A stretch of 63,892 bases of DNA from Octopus bimaculoides. Taxonomy: Eukaryota. Positions within the stretch are counted from its first letter, which is position 1, and the number at the start of each line of letters is the position of its first letter. The stretch covers positions 81,881,481-81,945,372 of the forward strand of contig NC_068989.1 of NCBI RefSeq assembly GCF_001194135.2, written 5' to 3'. Under the pieces are notes generated by a model. It made no database searches. It saw nothing but the letters and a program-made list of their open reading frames with translations, and was not told where the DNA came from. The position numbers and the translations under genes were made by a program. Below, piece after piece: positions 35,131-50,274 of the stretch.

Positions 35131-38109
35131 ACTGAATGTCTTCTCATTTCTAGTGTTAGCATCTTATCTACCATGGGAGATCTGAAAGAAATAAAACGTT
35201 TTGATTAGCTTGAAGAGAGTAATATGCTAACAAGTGCCTTCAAATAGCCCTTGCATCCTTTGTGTGTGTATTACTGGAAACAATTTGGAAACAATTTTAG
35301 GCTATACTCAAGTAACTGAATGAGAGTTATTAGCCATATCTAGACCTATAAAGCACTTATATCAAGGCATCTACACCAAAATATCCATCTGTCTAATCAC
35401 TAAAATAATATAATTATCTCATCTTAAATTCTACTTTCTTTTGTGATCCTTCACGTCATCAGTTTCACATTTTTCTTCACCTCCGTCTATTTTACTTGAT
35501 TCTGTACAGTGCTATATTTAATAACACATACACACACAGAGGAATTTTGTGTAGTTCAGAAGTTTACTTTGCTACCACTTAGTTCAAGATTTGACCCCCA
35601 GTGCACAGGACCTTGATCAAGTATTTTGTACTTTGACTGCATGCTGACAAACGGCTTGTGAATAGAATATTTAGATGGAAACTGTACAAAAGCCTGTTGC
35701 ATATATGTGTGTGTCTGTGTGCATATATGTTTACATATGTTTGTGCATGCATATGCATGTGTGTGTGTGTGTCTGTGCGTATTCAATGATCAACAAAAAT
35801 GAATAAATGAAGCACTTGGAGGTTTTACTCCAACATGGACACAGTTCAGTACCTCCTGACTGGCCTTTGTGCTGGTGGCACGTAAAAGCACCCACTACAC
35901 TCTCGGAGTGGTTGGTGTTAGGAAGGGCATCCAGCTGTAGAAACTCAGCCAAATCAGATTGGAGCCTGGTGCAGCCATCTGGTTCGCCAGTCCTCAGTCA
36001 AATTGTCCAACCTATGCTAGCATGGAAAGCGGACGTTAAACGATGATGATGATGAACAAAGTGTACATTTGTGCATCAAGTGGTTCCTTTTAAAGCTGAG
36101 GAAGTGGAGTTCTTCATCCCTTCCTTGCATGCAGAATTCTACTTAATGTATAAGTCATACAACTCTATACTTGATTTTAACTGCAAAAACTGGGGTGTAA
36201 CTTATACACGGGGCAAAGCTAAAACAACGAAGAGGAAAAAAACTTTGTATCAAAATTTAATACTAAATTAGGGGTGTGTCTTACATAAGTAAATAAAGTC
36301 ACTAAAATTTCAGAGTTACCTCCCGTCCCTAGAAAAATGTTAATTAACCCTTTTGCTACGAAATGAAATTTCGTGGTTATTCTGGTAATGATGTTAAATA
36401 CCTATCAAAAAATAGAATGGGAATTTTCTTCAAGTCATGTTGCCTCAATAAACTTTCACATATCTCAACAGCAAATAATTTCAAATATGACATTCCACAA
36501 CAAAAAAATAGATTGATGATGATCATCATCATTTAACGTCTGCTTTCCATGCTAGCATGGGTTGGATGATTTGACTGAGGACTGGTGAACCAGGTGGCTA
36601 CACCAGGCTCCAATCTGATTTGGCAGAGTTTCTACAGCTGGATGCCCTTCCTAACGCCAACCACTCAGAGAGTGTAGTGGGTGCTTTTACATGCCACTGG
36701 CAATATAAAACTACTTTCCACAGTTAAGGGCAATGAAGTCTTTGGAGGATATATCTGATTTCTGTAGTAAAAGGTTTAACATTAATTTTGCTCACTACAT
36801 TAATTACATTCTCATTCACTTAATTATTTTATAAATGGATTGACTGAGATAAGCAAATTTATGGCAGAAGCAAGTTTTGAACTGCTGACTCTGTTTTCAG
36901 AGGACCACAAGCATCATCTGAATCACAAATCTCCACATTTGCATGAATAGTAAACAAGGAGTGACTCACACAAACGCAAAAATACACAATCTCATAATTT
37001 TTCTAGACATAATTACAAGAGAAAACAGACGTCATTGATGGATGTGGAGACAACAGTTGATAGTGAAGCAGATGAGCAGTAGATGAAGACAATGAAGGTG
37101 GAAATGATGATGATGATGCTCAAGGTGATGGTAGTGGTGGTGGTGGTGGTGGTGGTGATGATGATGATGGTGATGATAATAGTGATGATGGTAAGTTTCT
37201 GACTTTGGTACAACGCCAGCAATTTCAAGTGGTTGGAGTTTGTTGATTAAACTCTATCACTTGACAGGTACCTTATTTTATTGACCCTAAAAAGATGAAA
37301 ACAAACTTGACCATGGCAGGATTTGAACTCAGAATGTAAGTAGTCAGAACAAAATCCACAAGGTATTTTTTTTCCGACTCTCTAACTATTCTGCCAGCTT
37401 CAAGACAATGAATTACGATTGTGAAAGCAAGAAGACAAATTTTAGAAACAGAAGTTGTAAGAAAGCCAAAAAAAAATAGAAAAGGACAAAAAAAAAAAAA
37501 AAACCAGACAAAGATTATTATTATAATTATTATTATTATTATTATATTGCATTTTTTTTTTGGTTTGCTTTGTTGGCAGAAATGTTTCAGAAATATACAA
37601 TATTTTCTTCCCATTCATGCTCTCCTGACAATCTCACAAACTCCCATTGACAGAGACCCATCTGTTTTTTTTTTCTTTTTGTTTTTCTTTTTAGTTCTAT
37701 AAAAAGTCATCAGCCCCAAAATTGGTTTTATACATGCGTAGGTTTTTGGAGTTTTCTCGTGGAAGTGGGGGAGACATGGAAAGGGCTCTGAAATCTTTTT
37801 TTCAAAGGAACAAATATATATATACCTTTCTCAATTATTTTTAGGGCTATTAATGTATATATATGGGAATGGGATGAATCAGTGCAGTATATACACTTTT
37901 GTAGGTATGTAAAATATGTGTGGATGCTCGTGTATGTATGTATATAATTATTTACTCATTTGAAGAGTAGAAATTTGTATTTTTAAATTAAAAAAGGGAC
38001 AACTTGCCCATTAATAGTCATCAATGCACTCTGTATGCATATAAGGGTGGGTGGGGACAGAGTCTTCTGCTGGCTCATAAGGGTTCACTTTATAATTACA
38101 ATGCCAGCC

Positions 38110-40187
38110 TTATTTCCTTAATGTTTGCTCAATGGTTGGTTGAGCAGGGAAAGACGAATCTGATGAACCGGTCTGAAGACTGTAGGCCTGTAACCAGGCC
38201 AGTGGAGAATAGTCATGAACCTCTTTGATTTTAGGAGTGGGCTGAAATGCTTCTTTAAAAATAGTACGACTGGGGTCATCCTTGCGCTGTAATAGCAATA
38301 CCAGTGTGTTATAATGTTCACTACCCCCAACCGTGTGTCGTCGCTTGCCTCGTACTTTCCTCCTCGCTAAAGGGGGTGGGGAATTGGATCGAGGTTTCGC
38401 AGTTGTGTTCACTTTGGCCAGTACTGTAGACCGTGGTGTCCACAACTGTTGACCACTAGCGGAATCTCTAAAGTTCTTACGTGTATTTTCAGATCTGTAG
38501 CCACCATTGAAACAGTTATTTTTGTTACAAGATGACTTTAAGTTTTTTTTTGAATGGCAATCTTTTGGAGGTGAAGCACTTGCTGAAGGGGACAAAGAAT
38601 ATATTTTACCTAAATTAGAAAGTTTAGAGTCTATATACTCAGTACAGAGTCCACCACCATTGCTACGTCGTTGGACCAGTTCCGAAGATGATGCTAAATG
38701 ACTTGCAGCTATTGGTGCAGCACCATGTGTTATTATTGCCCGCTCACCCAAAACATGTGCTGTCGGACTGGAGTTACTGCGTGTGAAACGAGAAGCAATA
38801 CCTATTTTTGTCTCTGGTTTCTGAGAACGATGTAAACTGGGATCACGGAAACTATCAAAAACATCTGTATTCTTTTTTGCCTGTCTACTATACGCCAAAC
38901 CAAGGTTCAACATACGTGTACTCTCGGCTTGGGCCAACTCAAGACTCTCACTGGTACAATCATAAACATTGCTGTTGGAAGGGACAATTTCATTGTTTTT
39001 CACAGCTGAATATGGTGGCACACCTATGTTGGATGGAGGCCGTGGTCTGGAACTACCATTTAATTTATATTTAGGATTTAATAGGATCTGCAGTTTCTGA
39101 TCAAACGTTGAGGTTAAGCTTGTTAATAGGTCAGAACCATCTTCAGAATCAGTTGAAGCCCAGGACAAACGATTCTCTTTCTTATCATAAAAGTCTATCA
39201 TAGAATCTAGAGAACCTCTCCGTAAGCTATTTCTCCGTGTAAGGCCCAAGTCAGAATCATTTTGTGGACTTAGCTCTCTGTCTTGTGTCTTACGAGCAAC
39301 CATTGACAATGGAGATGACCAAACTTGACCCGTGTCAATAATTGTCTCAAGAGAATTTGACCTCTTTGCATTATCAAATCCTGTATTGAGGTATGATGTT
39401 CGGTCAGAGATCTTGCTGTTTCCAACACTAACAAAATACTTTCCACCACTAACTGGTTCAATTGCTTTAGAAGTTGACCAGCTCTTGCCCTGTAATTGAT
39501 AAGAGTCTAATGAATCATAAGGCTTGGCATATGCAGCAGAGTAAGGGTGGTTAGTAGAGTACCATATCTTTCTTGGATTTAATAATTCTTCAAGACTATG
39601 TTTATCTTCCAACTCCATCTCATGCTTAGTACGCAGATATTCCTGGTCAAATTTCTTTGACTCTTTTTCTCTCACTTCGCATTCTCTTTTATGTTGTTCC
39701 TGAACTTTCTTGAGAAATTCCTGTTTGCTCTGAAGATTTGATTCGAGGCTGTGGCTGAAAGTTTTCTGGAGACCATATGAGAATTCCAGCTCATCACTTT
39801 TCTCCAATAGGGATTCATCTGAGAACTGACGAGCAAGATGAGGGTTTGAAGACTTGGAGAACACTTCAGAATCAGTGTAATCATCGAAGCCTATAGACAA
39901 AGAAGACACAGATGCCTTATGTTCACTGGTGAGACGACTATTGTAAGAAATAGTGTCCAGTTGGCTTTGAGAACCATCAGACTGTAGTTCCATTGAGTTA
40001 GCCAGAGCTTTGTTAGAATGAAATTTAGCAATCTCTGCATCAATATTGCGTTCTTCATATTTGGGACCAGGCGGTGTTGAAGAATCTGCTTCATCAAGGC
40101 CTTTGGTTTTCTTGTTGTGATTCTTATTCTTGGCAGCAGCGATCATAGCAGCAACTATTTCCAACGGATTTGTTTCTTCAGATTCAT
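38110..40187 (-). CDS. ARHGAP21: Large terminal coding exon (~692 codons, Ser-rich, low complexity) ending in TAA
   Basis: catttcag acceptor in phase 1; open for 2078 bp (ORF track 38110..40248); RRHTVGG motif. An internal donor cannot be excluded. Confidence 0.85.
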
Positions 40188-42444
40188 CTGAAATGGCAAA
40201 AAAATATTTTGTAAACATATAATAACAAACATAATTACATAGGCACAAGGTTATACATCCGAGGGGGGGGGGGGCTGCAATCGATTATATCTGCTGCAGG
40301 AAGTTGAAAGATAAAGAAAATGGTGTTACTTTGTCGTGTGATCCACAACTTAAAGGGAGATTACTTTAGGTTACTTGTTAGTTTATTTTTCAATTTCTAA
40401 AAACACTTAAGATGATGGCTCAAGATTTTTTACAATGAATTCTTTTGTACATACTTAGCATTGTAAATTTATTTTTTCAGAATCCTTACTATTTTAATAA
40501 TCAAACCATGTTTCATTTATGCCTTAGTAAATAATAATAAAAAACCAAGAAAAACAATCTAATTAAGATAAGCTCGTAGCTCACAGTTTGGCAGTCGTGA
40601 GTTTTACAACGTAAAGAAACAAAAAACTAACCTAAAGTAATCACCCTTGAATTTGTAGATCACACACCAAAGTAGCACCAAGAAAATTTTGGCAGGATTC
40701 AAACCAAGAATGTAAGGGTATAATGTAATGCTCTACAAGTCAACAATTTACTGTTTCTGCAAGAAATAATCTCCCCCCATCCTTTCTTCCACTTTAACAA
40801 AAACAACAATAATAATATAGGCAAAAGGCCTTAAATTTAGATGGGAATGAATAAGATTTTAAACAATCAACTCCAGTACTTTACTGATACTTAATTTTAT
40901 CACTTTCAGAAGGATGGAAGGAAAAGTTAACTTTGACAGGATTTGAACTCAGAATCTAATAAGGAAGAAGTATAGCAGAGTGTTTTTCTGATACTCTAAC
41001 AATTCTGCTAGCAATACTAATAAAAATCCTTTCCATTATAGGCACCAGGCCAGAAATTTTTTTTGGTGGTGGGGCTAGTTAATTACATCAACCCCAGTGC
41101 ACAACTGGCACTTACTTCCACTTATTTCAATGACCCCAAAAAGATAAAGGGCAAAGTTGACCTCAGAGGAATTTGAACTCAGCTGCTAAGCATTTTGCCC
41201 AGCATGCTAACAATTCTGCCAGCTCACCATCTTCATATGTAATATTAGAATAACAAAGTGTGAGAAAGGGCAAGAATAATTGATTTCATTTGACCCTAAG
41301 ACATAAGAGGTATTTATTGAATGAAGCCCCTTTCCTCCACCCAGAAGGAGTGTGTGGGTAAAAGGCAAAATTTGTTGAAACAAGGTTATTTTAAAAATAA
41401 TTTAGTTTCATCTATTAATATTTAAATGTGAAATTATGAATGATAGGCGCAGGGGTGGCNNNNNNNNNNAACAAAGTGTGAGAAAGGGCAAGAATAATTG
41501 ATTTCATTTGACCCTAAGACATAAGAGGTATTTATTGAATGAAGCCCCTTTCCTCCACCCAGAAGGAGTGTGTGGGTAAAAGGCAAAATTTGTTGAAACA
41601 AGGTTATTTTAAAAATAATTTAGTTTCATCTATTAATATTTAAATGTGAAATTATGAATGATAGGCGCAGGGGTGGCTGTGTGGTAAGTGGATTGCTTAC
41701 CAACCACATGGTTCCGGGTTCATTCCCACTGTGTGGCACCTTGGGCAGGTGTCTTCTACTAGAGCCTCGGGCCGACCAAAGGCTTGTGAGTGGATATGGT
41801 AGACGGAAACTGAAGGAAGCCCGTTGTATATATGTATATATGTATATATATATGTATGTTTGTGTGTCTGTGTTTGTCCCCCCAGCATCGCTTGACAACC
41901 GATGCTGGTGTGTTTACGTCCCCGTAACTTAACAGTTCGGCAAAAGAGACCGAGAGAATAAGTACTAGGCTTCCAAAGAATAAGTCCTGGGGTCGATTTG
42001 CTCAACTAAAGGCGGTGCTCCAGCATGGCCACAGTCAAATGACTGAAACAAATAAAAGAGTAAAAGAGATTATGTTAGATATGTGATGTATCAGTAAAAT
42101 TGCTAATCTGCTGGTAATGAAAGAAAGCTGACTGAATATCCAGAAATAAAGGGTACCCAAATACTTGACCAAACCTGTGAAAAGGGAAACCCCAAATAAG
42201 GGAAATGTCCATCGCTTGTGTATGTATGTGTTAGTACACCTATGTATGAGTGTGTGTGTGATCACTTACCAAGATCATCATCAGGAGTGGATGCCGGTGC
42301 CATAGGACTGACCGTTCCTGTAGGAACCTCAGCAGCTCCATTCTCATCCACAGGAACATGATCATCAACATCCCATGAACTGAAGAACCAATCAGGCTGA
42401 AAACATCAAATAAAAAAAAAAACTGTATATGTATGTATGTGCGC

Positions 42445-42517
<73 letters not shown>

Positions 42518-42524
42518 ATGATGA

Positions 42525-42560
<36 letters not shown>

Positions 42561-45548
42561 AGAATTCACAAAAAAACAACAGACAAAGACAGGTGGTGTA
42601 GAAAACAAACAGATTTATTAGTATAACGCTCGGGAATTCAGAATAGTAAACAGTTCAAACAATAGACATTTTGAGTTCGGGGTCTAAGAATGGAACAGCC
42701 AGGTTTGATGTTGGTAGAAGTTATTAAAGAATATATTACTTACATGAAGAATCACACTCTCAATAATCCGACATTGATGAGACATGTCAATGGCCATTGC
42801 TTGTACGTCTTCATCATGGCGGCGCACTAAAGTTGGACCAAGAACTATGGCCAGGTTTCGGGCACACATCTGAAACAGGAATATATACTAGAGATGTATG
42901 AGCATATACACATACTTACAACACTTATAGTCACAGCACCAGGATAATGTCTATACTTACAGTCACACTAATAGAACAATATAATTAGTTACACCAATAC
43001 ACAATGTCTATACTTAGTCATGCCAATAGACAAGGTCTATATGTACAGTCACACCAACAGGACAATGTCTATACTTAGAGTCACACCACTTGGAGGATGT
43101 CCTTACCTTGTTGATATGGCTGTGGTCAGCTATTTTGCGTAAATGATGCGCCAAATGACGAAATGTTTCAAAGTGGACATCTGGCAACTGATGAATAACC
43201 CTCTTCAATGTCAGCATCCTTTTCTGTGGATTTTCTATCTGGTTAGCATTGATGAAGCTCTGGTATAACTCTGTAACAAATGATATAGTGGTATGCATAA
43301 GCTGCAGATAATGTAGTGACATACATTAAGATGGTGATGTAATAGAAGCGTACATGATGTACCCTGTGCTGTGTACAATGTAACTACAGTAGAATGTTAT
43401 ACTGTGAAGGGAAGGCACATGGCTTAGTGGTTAGGGTGTTCAGCTTACAATCACAAGGTTTATTTGACACGTGAGTAGAACTATGTCTGGAAACCTCGTG
43501 ACATACTTAGATTGTTGAAAAAAAAAATCGATAATAGGGCCCTTCCAATGGATCCTTCTATCTACTACATATTACTAATGTTTTATTTAAAGAACCTAAG
43601 GGAAATAACCCATACCACCTACAGATTTTAGTGAAGCGATTAATTTTTGATTCTCATGATCAGCCGACCTAATTCTGCATTTCACTACTCACAGTTTTGA
43701 ACTGCTAAACATTATTATTGTACTTCCTTAATTTGAATCTTAAACATTAAAGACTTCATTCGTACATTTCTATACACACATACTTTTTTGAATGCTCATT
43801 ACTCCGATAATTCTGCATTTTTACAGTTACACTTTTTCCATGACAGTAGATAATTTTTTTATTCCACAACGTATTTGTAGTGGCTTTATGCAGGCATGGC
43901 ATGGATTCGATCCTCAATTGCCCAATTTCACTCAACACTTCAACAGCGCTTTTCTCATGGTAAACAATAGTTTTTCTGCAAATGACAACAGTTATATATT
44001 TCCCAGATGCCTTCACTAAGCAGAATAATGTCTTTGCCTCTCACCAATCTCCGCCAACCTCTCTCACCAACCTCTGACAATCTTTCTCGCTAACCTCCAA
44101 GTACCTCTCTCGCCAACCTCCTCCAGCTGACAGTTTTTGTACTTTTTTGTGACGGTTATAACAAAATTGCTTTCTTATATCACAGTAATAAGGCGTTTCA
44201 ATAGAACATCTTTACCACCGGGAATTACTGGGTACACCAGCTAGTATATATATAGTCTAATCTAAAGACTCTACAGTTTCCCAAATGTGCAACCAATTTC
44301 TAAGACTGCAGTACAAAATAAGGTGAACATAATCTACTGGATGTATGATATTAGACTAAAAGAACAACTGGGTATAGGAGTTTGATTTGGTTTTTTTTCT
44401 CAAGGGAAGAAACTGTGTTGGTATGGGGTATGTGATGTATGAAAAGAGTAATAGTTCAATAAAGAAGAAGCAAGTGATTTCAGAAGAAGGAACCTACAGA
44501 AAACACATGCATATATAGCAATGCTTACTCACCATTGGTAACTAATGGTTCTGGAAGTTTCTGGAAGAAAGACTTTAACAAACTACTGATTACATTCACA
44601 TCTTGCCATTTTTCATTTTCTTGGTTGATGTATTCTAGACCCTGTAGTGAAGAAGAGAGAACAAATAACAGTGAGGTGAGGATTTATAGTGAACTTTTAC
44701 AGAAGCAGACAGGCTCTGTTGGGTACAAGATGGCGTGTCAATAACATTTGCAAAATGAATAATGAATTCTGTTGTTAAGAAAGGGCCACAATGTTGGATT
44801 ATAGTAGAAGGTTAAAAGAGGTAGATCAAACAAAAAGGACACAAAAATCTACAAAAACAATGATATATCAACATGAACTCAGGTTATGGGGAGAAACCAT
44901 CACCCAGGGTAATTTGCAGTACTCCCCACAAAACTCAACATGCCAAAGGTAATAATTATAATAATAATAGTAATATTTTCCATTATAGGCACAAAGTGAA
45001 ATTTTGGGGGTAGAGGGTAAGTCCATTACGTCAACTGGTACTTATTTTATCTGAAATGACGAAAGGCAAAGGTGACTTTGCAGGAATTTGAACTCATAAT
45101 ATAAGGCTGGAAGAAATGCCACAAAGCATTTTGTCAAGCATGCTAACAATTCTCAGAGCTCTCTGCCGTAATAAAGGATTTAAATTTCAGCACAAGGCCT
45201 GCAATTTGGGGGAAGGGGGGTTTTTAATTCAATTACAGCGACTGGTACTTATTTTTATTGACCCTGAAAGGGTGAAAGGCAAAGTTGACCTCAGAAGAAT
45301 TTGAACTCAGAATGTAAAGACAGATGAAATGCCACTAAGCATTTTGTCCAGTATACTCTCTTTCTTGTTTTCAGTCATTTGACTGCGGCCATGCTGGAGC
45401 ACCGCCTTTAGTCGAAGAAATTAACCCCAGGACTTATTCTTTGTAAGCCTAGTACTTATTCTATCGGTCTCTTTTGCCAAACCACTAAGTTACGGGGATG
45501 TAAACACACCAACATCAGTTGTCAAGCGATGTTGGGGGACAAACAAAG

Positions 45549-45604
<56 letters not shown>

Positions 45605-46053
45605 GACGGGCTTCTTTCAGGAAAGTCTTTCTAAATATCTCCAGAGGAGTATGAACCTACAATTTAGTGGGTTCACAATTTTTAACCCCTGTTTGGCATT
45701 AGAAAGGGCATCCAGCTGTAGAAACTTTGCCAGATCACACTGGAGCCTGGTGCAGCCTTCTGGCTTGCCAGTCCTCAGTTAAACCGTCCAACCCATGCCA
45801 GCATGGAAAGTGGATGTTAGACGACAACGATGTAGCCATTATGCAAGATAATGAGGGATCCTCTATGGAGTCACTTGAGCTGTTAGAAATAGCAGTCAGC
45901 TCTCCCACCATCCTACTCTACCATGTTAAATAAAGAGGCTACATTGAGCAATGTTGTTCCTTATATATAACAGGATGGATGGTCATAATTAAAATCCCTT
46001 TCATCACAGGTCTCTAAAATCAGGGCTGATCTGGAATTATGTGACAACAATAA

Positions 46054-46099
<46 letters not shown>

Positions 46100-49000
46100 G
46101 TAAAAAGTACAAACCTTGTTGAATTCCTCTTGCATGTTAGAAATAACCAACTTGTTGCCAGGAATTCTGTAAACACCAATAACCTTCAGTCCTCGTGTTT
46201 CAACAATACTGGTGCAGAGATCAATAACGAAGGGGATAGACTAGAGGGGAGAGAAAGAGAGAAAAACGGGGTCAATATTGATGTAATAGAGGACAGCATA
46301 GAAAAGAGAGAAAACAAAAAAAGGATTTGGGGAAAGTAAAACTTTATAATTTGAACATTTCTTACCTCTATTTGGTAACATTTAATAATTTAACCCTTTA
46401 GCATTCAGAATAATTACTCAGTCAAATTATAATAGAATACTTTTTTTATTCATATTATTTTGAATTAATTATGCATTATCTCATAGCTTTGAGATTTTGA
46501 TGATGTGATTGTATTTTTTAGAATGATATTGTAGGCTAGATGTGAGAGGCTGGATCTAGCTGGTTGTTGTTGGCACTCCGTCACTTATGACACAGTGTGA
46601 CAAAGCTGGCCCTTTAAATTACAGGCACAACAGAAACAGGAAGTAAGAGTGAGAGAAAGTTGCAGTGAAAGAGTACAGCAGGGTTCGCCACCATCCCCTG
46701 CCGGAGACTCATGGAGCATTTTTTAGGTGTTTTCGCTCAATAAACACTCACAACACCCGGTCTGGGAATCGAAACCGCGATCTTATGACCGCGAGTCCGC
46801 TACCCTAACCACTGGGCCATTACGCCTCCACATCTAGCTGGTATAAACATAAAAAAGCTATAACATATTGTCCAGATATGGCCAAGTTAAATGCTAAAAG
46901 GTTAAGTTAGAAACGTGATAGTAGTGGTAGTGGGGTGATGGTAGATGATAGAAGTGGCGATGGAGGTAGTGATTGTGGTGGTGATGATAACAATGGTGGC
47001 AGTGGTTGTGGGGATATATTATGAAGGTAATGTGATGTTAGTTTTGTGATGGTGGTCTTGTGATATGATTAAAGAAAACATGACTAGAACTCTAAAAACA
47101 AGTATCTACTCACTTCCTTATAGGGAGAAGGGGTACACAGCTCAAGATGGACTCCAAAAGAACCAGTTGCTTCTTCAGGGGCCGGTGGTTGGTTATTTCC
47201 CTTGTTTTTAAAACGAATCTTTTCTTTCCAACTTTTTGTCTTTGTACCATCTTCTGGAAAATACAGCATCGTGTAGACAGGGGAAACAAGAATTTATTGA
47301 TAACATTAGCACATGCACAAACTATTTGTAGCTGTTCAATACAAGTATTGAATCTACTCCACAGCAACAATAAATTGAACAACCAGATATCATATGGGGG
47401 AATGTCCCATAGTATTAGTCTCGAATTTTGGCACAAGATCAGCAACTTGGTGAGAGTGAGGGTAAGTTGAATACATTGACCACAGTGCTCAACTGGTACT
47501 TATTTTATCGACCTCAAAAGGACAAAAGGCGAAACTGACTTTGGTGGAATTTGAACTCAGAACATCAAGACAAACAAAAAGTCACTAAGCATTTTGCCTG
47601 GCACATTAATGATTCCACCAGCTCACCACCTTAATGTCCTGTAAGAGTGAAGACCTAGTTAGAAGAGATTTCAAGTAAGATTTCAAATCATTCTAGAAAT
47701 CTTAAAAGCCTGAAGGAAAACAAAGCTTTTAACCTTTTAACATTCAGATTATTCAATCAAATGAAATGCTTATTTATTCACATTGATTTGAATTAACCAT
47801 GCATTATCTCATAGATTTTGATGAGATGATGTGATTGTATATATTTTTAGAATGACATTGTAAAATAGGTGAGAGAGGCTGGATCTGGTTGGTTTAAACA
47901 AAACTGGTAGAATACTTGAGCCAGATATGGCTGATTAAAATGTTAAAGGGTCAAAAGAGTAAACACCATCTTTTACTACATTTGGTTTGATTCATTTTGT
48001 GTTTGACTGTTGGATACCAGGTTGGTTATGTTTATCAGTGAAGGACAGAACTGAACTAATTAACCTTTGTTTCATGGAGGATTCATTGTAAAGATAAAGA
48101 TGTCCTTCAACTGTTGCTGATTGCAACTTATCTCAAATGTTGGTAAATAACAACAATTTAGTTATTGTTTACACTCAGACCAATCCTAATTTAACTGATC
48201 AATGATCAATGTGATTCCAATCATGCCCATCTCACCTATGACAACATTTTCTTTTAAAGTGGTGGGATGTGGTGAGTTAAGGTAGATTTGGCTGCTATTT
48301 CTAACAGATTGAACTATCACTTAGATGTCCCTTCCTTGGTTTATCAAGTGTTTAATAATACATATATCCAACTAATTAAGGCAATTTATTTAATCTCTGG
48401 ACTTGTGCACCCTCAATATTTTAAAAACAGCCCCAAATGCCTGTTTAGCATTCTGTAACTTAAATTACAAATTAGGTAATTTTTTTTTTAATATTCTGGA
48501 AACTGAAGAATGCAGTAATGAAGAAGGTGATTTAAGATATTATATGGACCAACATGGAGAGACAAACAGTTACACACACATACTTATATACATTCAACAT
48601 TTTATATATGTGTGTGTTTGTGTGTTACTATAGAATCTTTGCCAATAAAAACAGATTAAGTAAATTCCATAACTCAAGTTACCGATCTTTTTTCTACTGA
48701 ATTTATTAAGAAGTATGTCTAACTGTAATACACACGTTCTAAATGCCAGCAATACTAACATAAGTCTATGTTAATATAAAGCGATAACAGTATACATGTA
48801 ATTATTTACAATGTTACCCCTCACTGTGTCAACAGTTGTAGATAATCAAGGTTGCCTCAACCATTCAGCAGTACAGCAACTACCTTTGCACCCCCCCTTC
48901 CCCACCACCACCACAACAGCAACAATTGATGAAGGTCAAATTGTTCAGATTACCTTTTGTTTTGGGTTTGCTCTTTAATATAAACAAACTGTTGGGTGAA

Positions 49001-50222
49001 AGAAGCAAGGACAAGTGCAACATTCAAAAGAAGGTATTTCTTTTTGGATCAGAATATAGCCTGTATGTCAAACAGAAGCTACCTCCATGTTAAATAGTGT
49101 CCCTGTCCTTATGTCAACCACAAGGTGCCCCTGTATCAACCACAAAGTGCCTTCTGCCAAATATTGTGTTTTATGCCAACATAAAGATGTTCTAAATCAG
49201 TGGTTCTCAACCTGGGTCCATTGACCTGTGAGGGTCCACATAATGAAATAGTAAATTAGGGATTCAAAATGATATTTTAAGGGCCCCTGAAAAAATATTT
49301 GCTTTAGATGTATGTATCGGTATGTATTGCAAGAAACAGTTAAGTTTTTCTTTTACTCTGACAGTTTACATAATTCAATCTACACAAATTAATGTGTGAA
49401 AATCAAAATAGGAATTTTGAAAGTAGTTTCTATAAAACCCGTTTTTAAACATTGAATGGCAATGGGGGGCCCACCAGAATAAAATAATAGTCAAAGGGGT
49501 CCATAAATAAAAAATGGTTGAGAATCCCTGCCCTATCAACCCTATATGGACCATTAGGTGTACCTGTATAAAACACAAAGTAACTACATATCAACCCGCC
49601 AAGGTACTCCTATATCAAAATCAAAGACCCCTGTATCAGTCACTATGTCAATTTCAAGCTGACTGTGTCAATACAAAAATGTTCTTATGTCAAAAACAAA
49701 CTCACCCTCAAGGTTCACCTCCCACCTGTAGAAATTACTCGATACTTGAAAGGACTTACCATTAGTTTTTCGTCGGCGAGTACTTGGGGAATGTGTCATT
49801 TTATGTCGAAAAGACAGCACTTGCAATTTCTTTGAACTTTTCACTGGCATCTGTGGGGAGCTTTTTATGTTAGGTATATGGGTGGGTGTTGTTTCCTGTC
49901 AAAAACAAAATATTCAATAATTAATTGCAGAAGATTGTTAAGTCATTATAAATTATTTTATATTGATTGAAGTTTCTGTATGAAGCAGACCAGTCTCCTT
50001 TAAGTTTGAGAATTTTTTATTCACTCTCGGAAGAATGCATTCATTATTTCAGCCTGACTGTGTTTGTAGACAGTTGAAAAGAATACTTTTAACAAAAAAA
50101 AACCCAAAATAAATGACAGCATTGTAGTTGCTCGTGGGCCCCTTTAGTTTCCTGGCAACCAATATTTTTAGACCCAGTCCGCCACTGCATATATGTATAT
50201 ATTATAGATATGTAAGTGTGTA

Positions 50223-50274
<52 letters not shown>

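Noticed and set aside
41252-41680. Exact ~210-bp direct repeat on either side of a 10-N gap
   Set aside because: Identical sequence flanking a scaffold gap is typical of unmerged contig overlap; most likely an assembly artefact.
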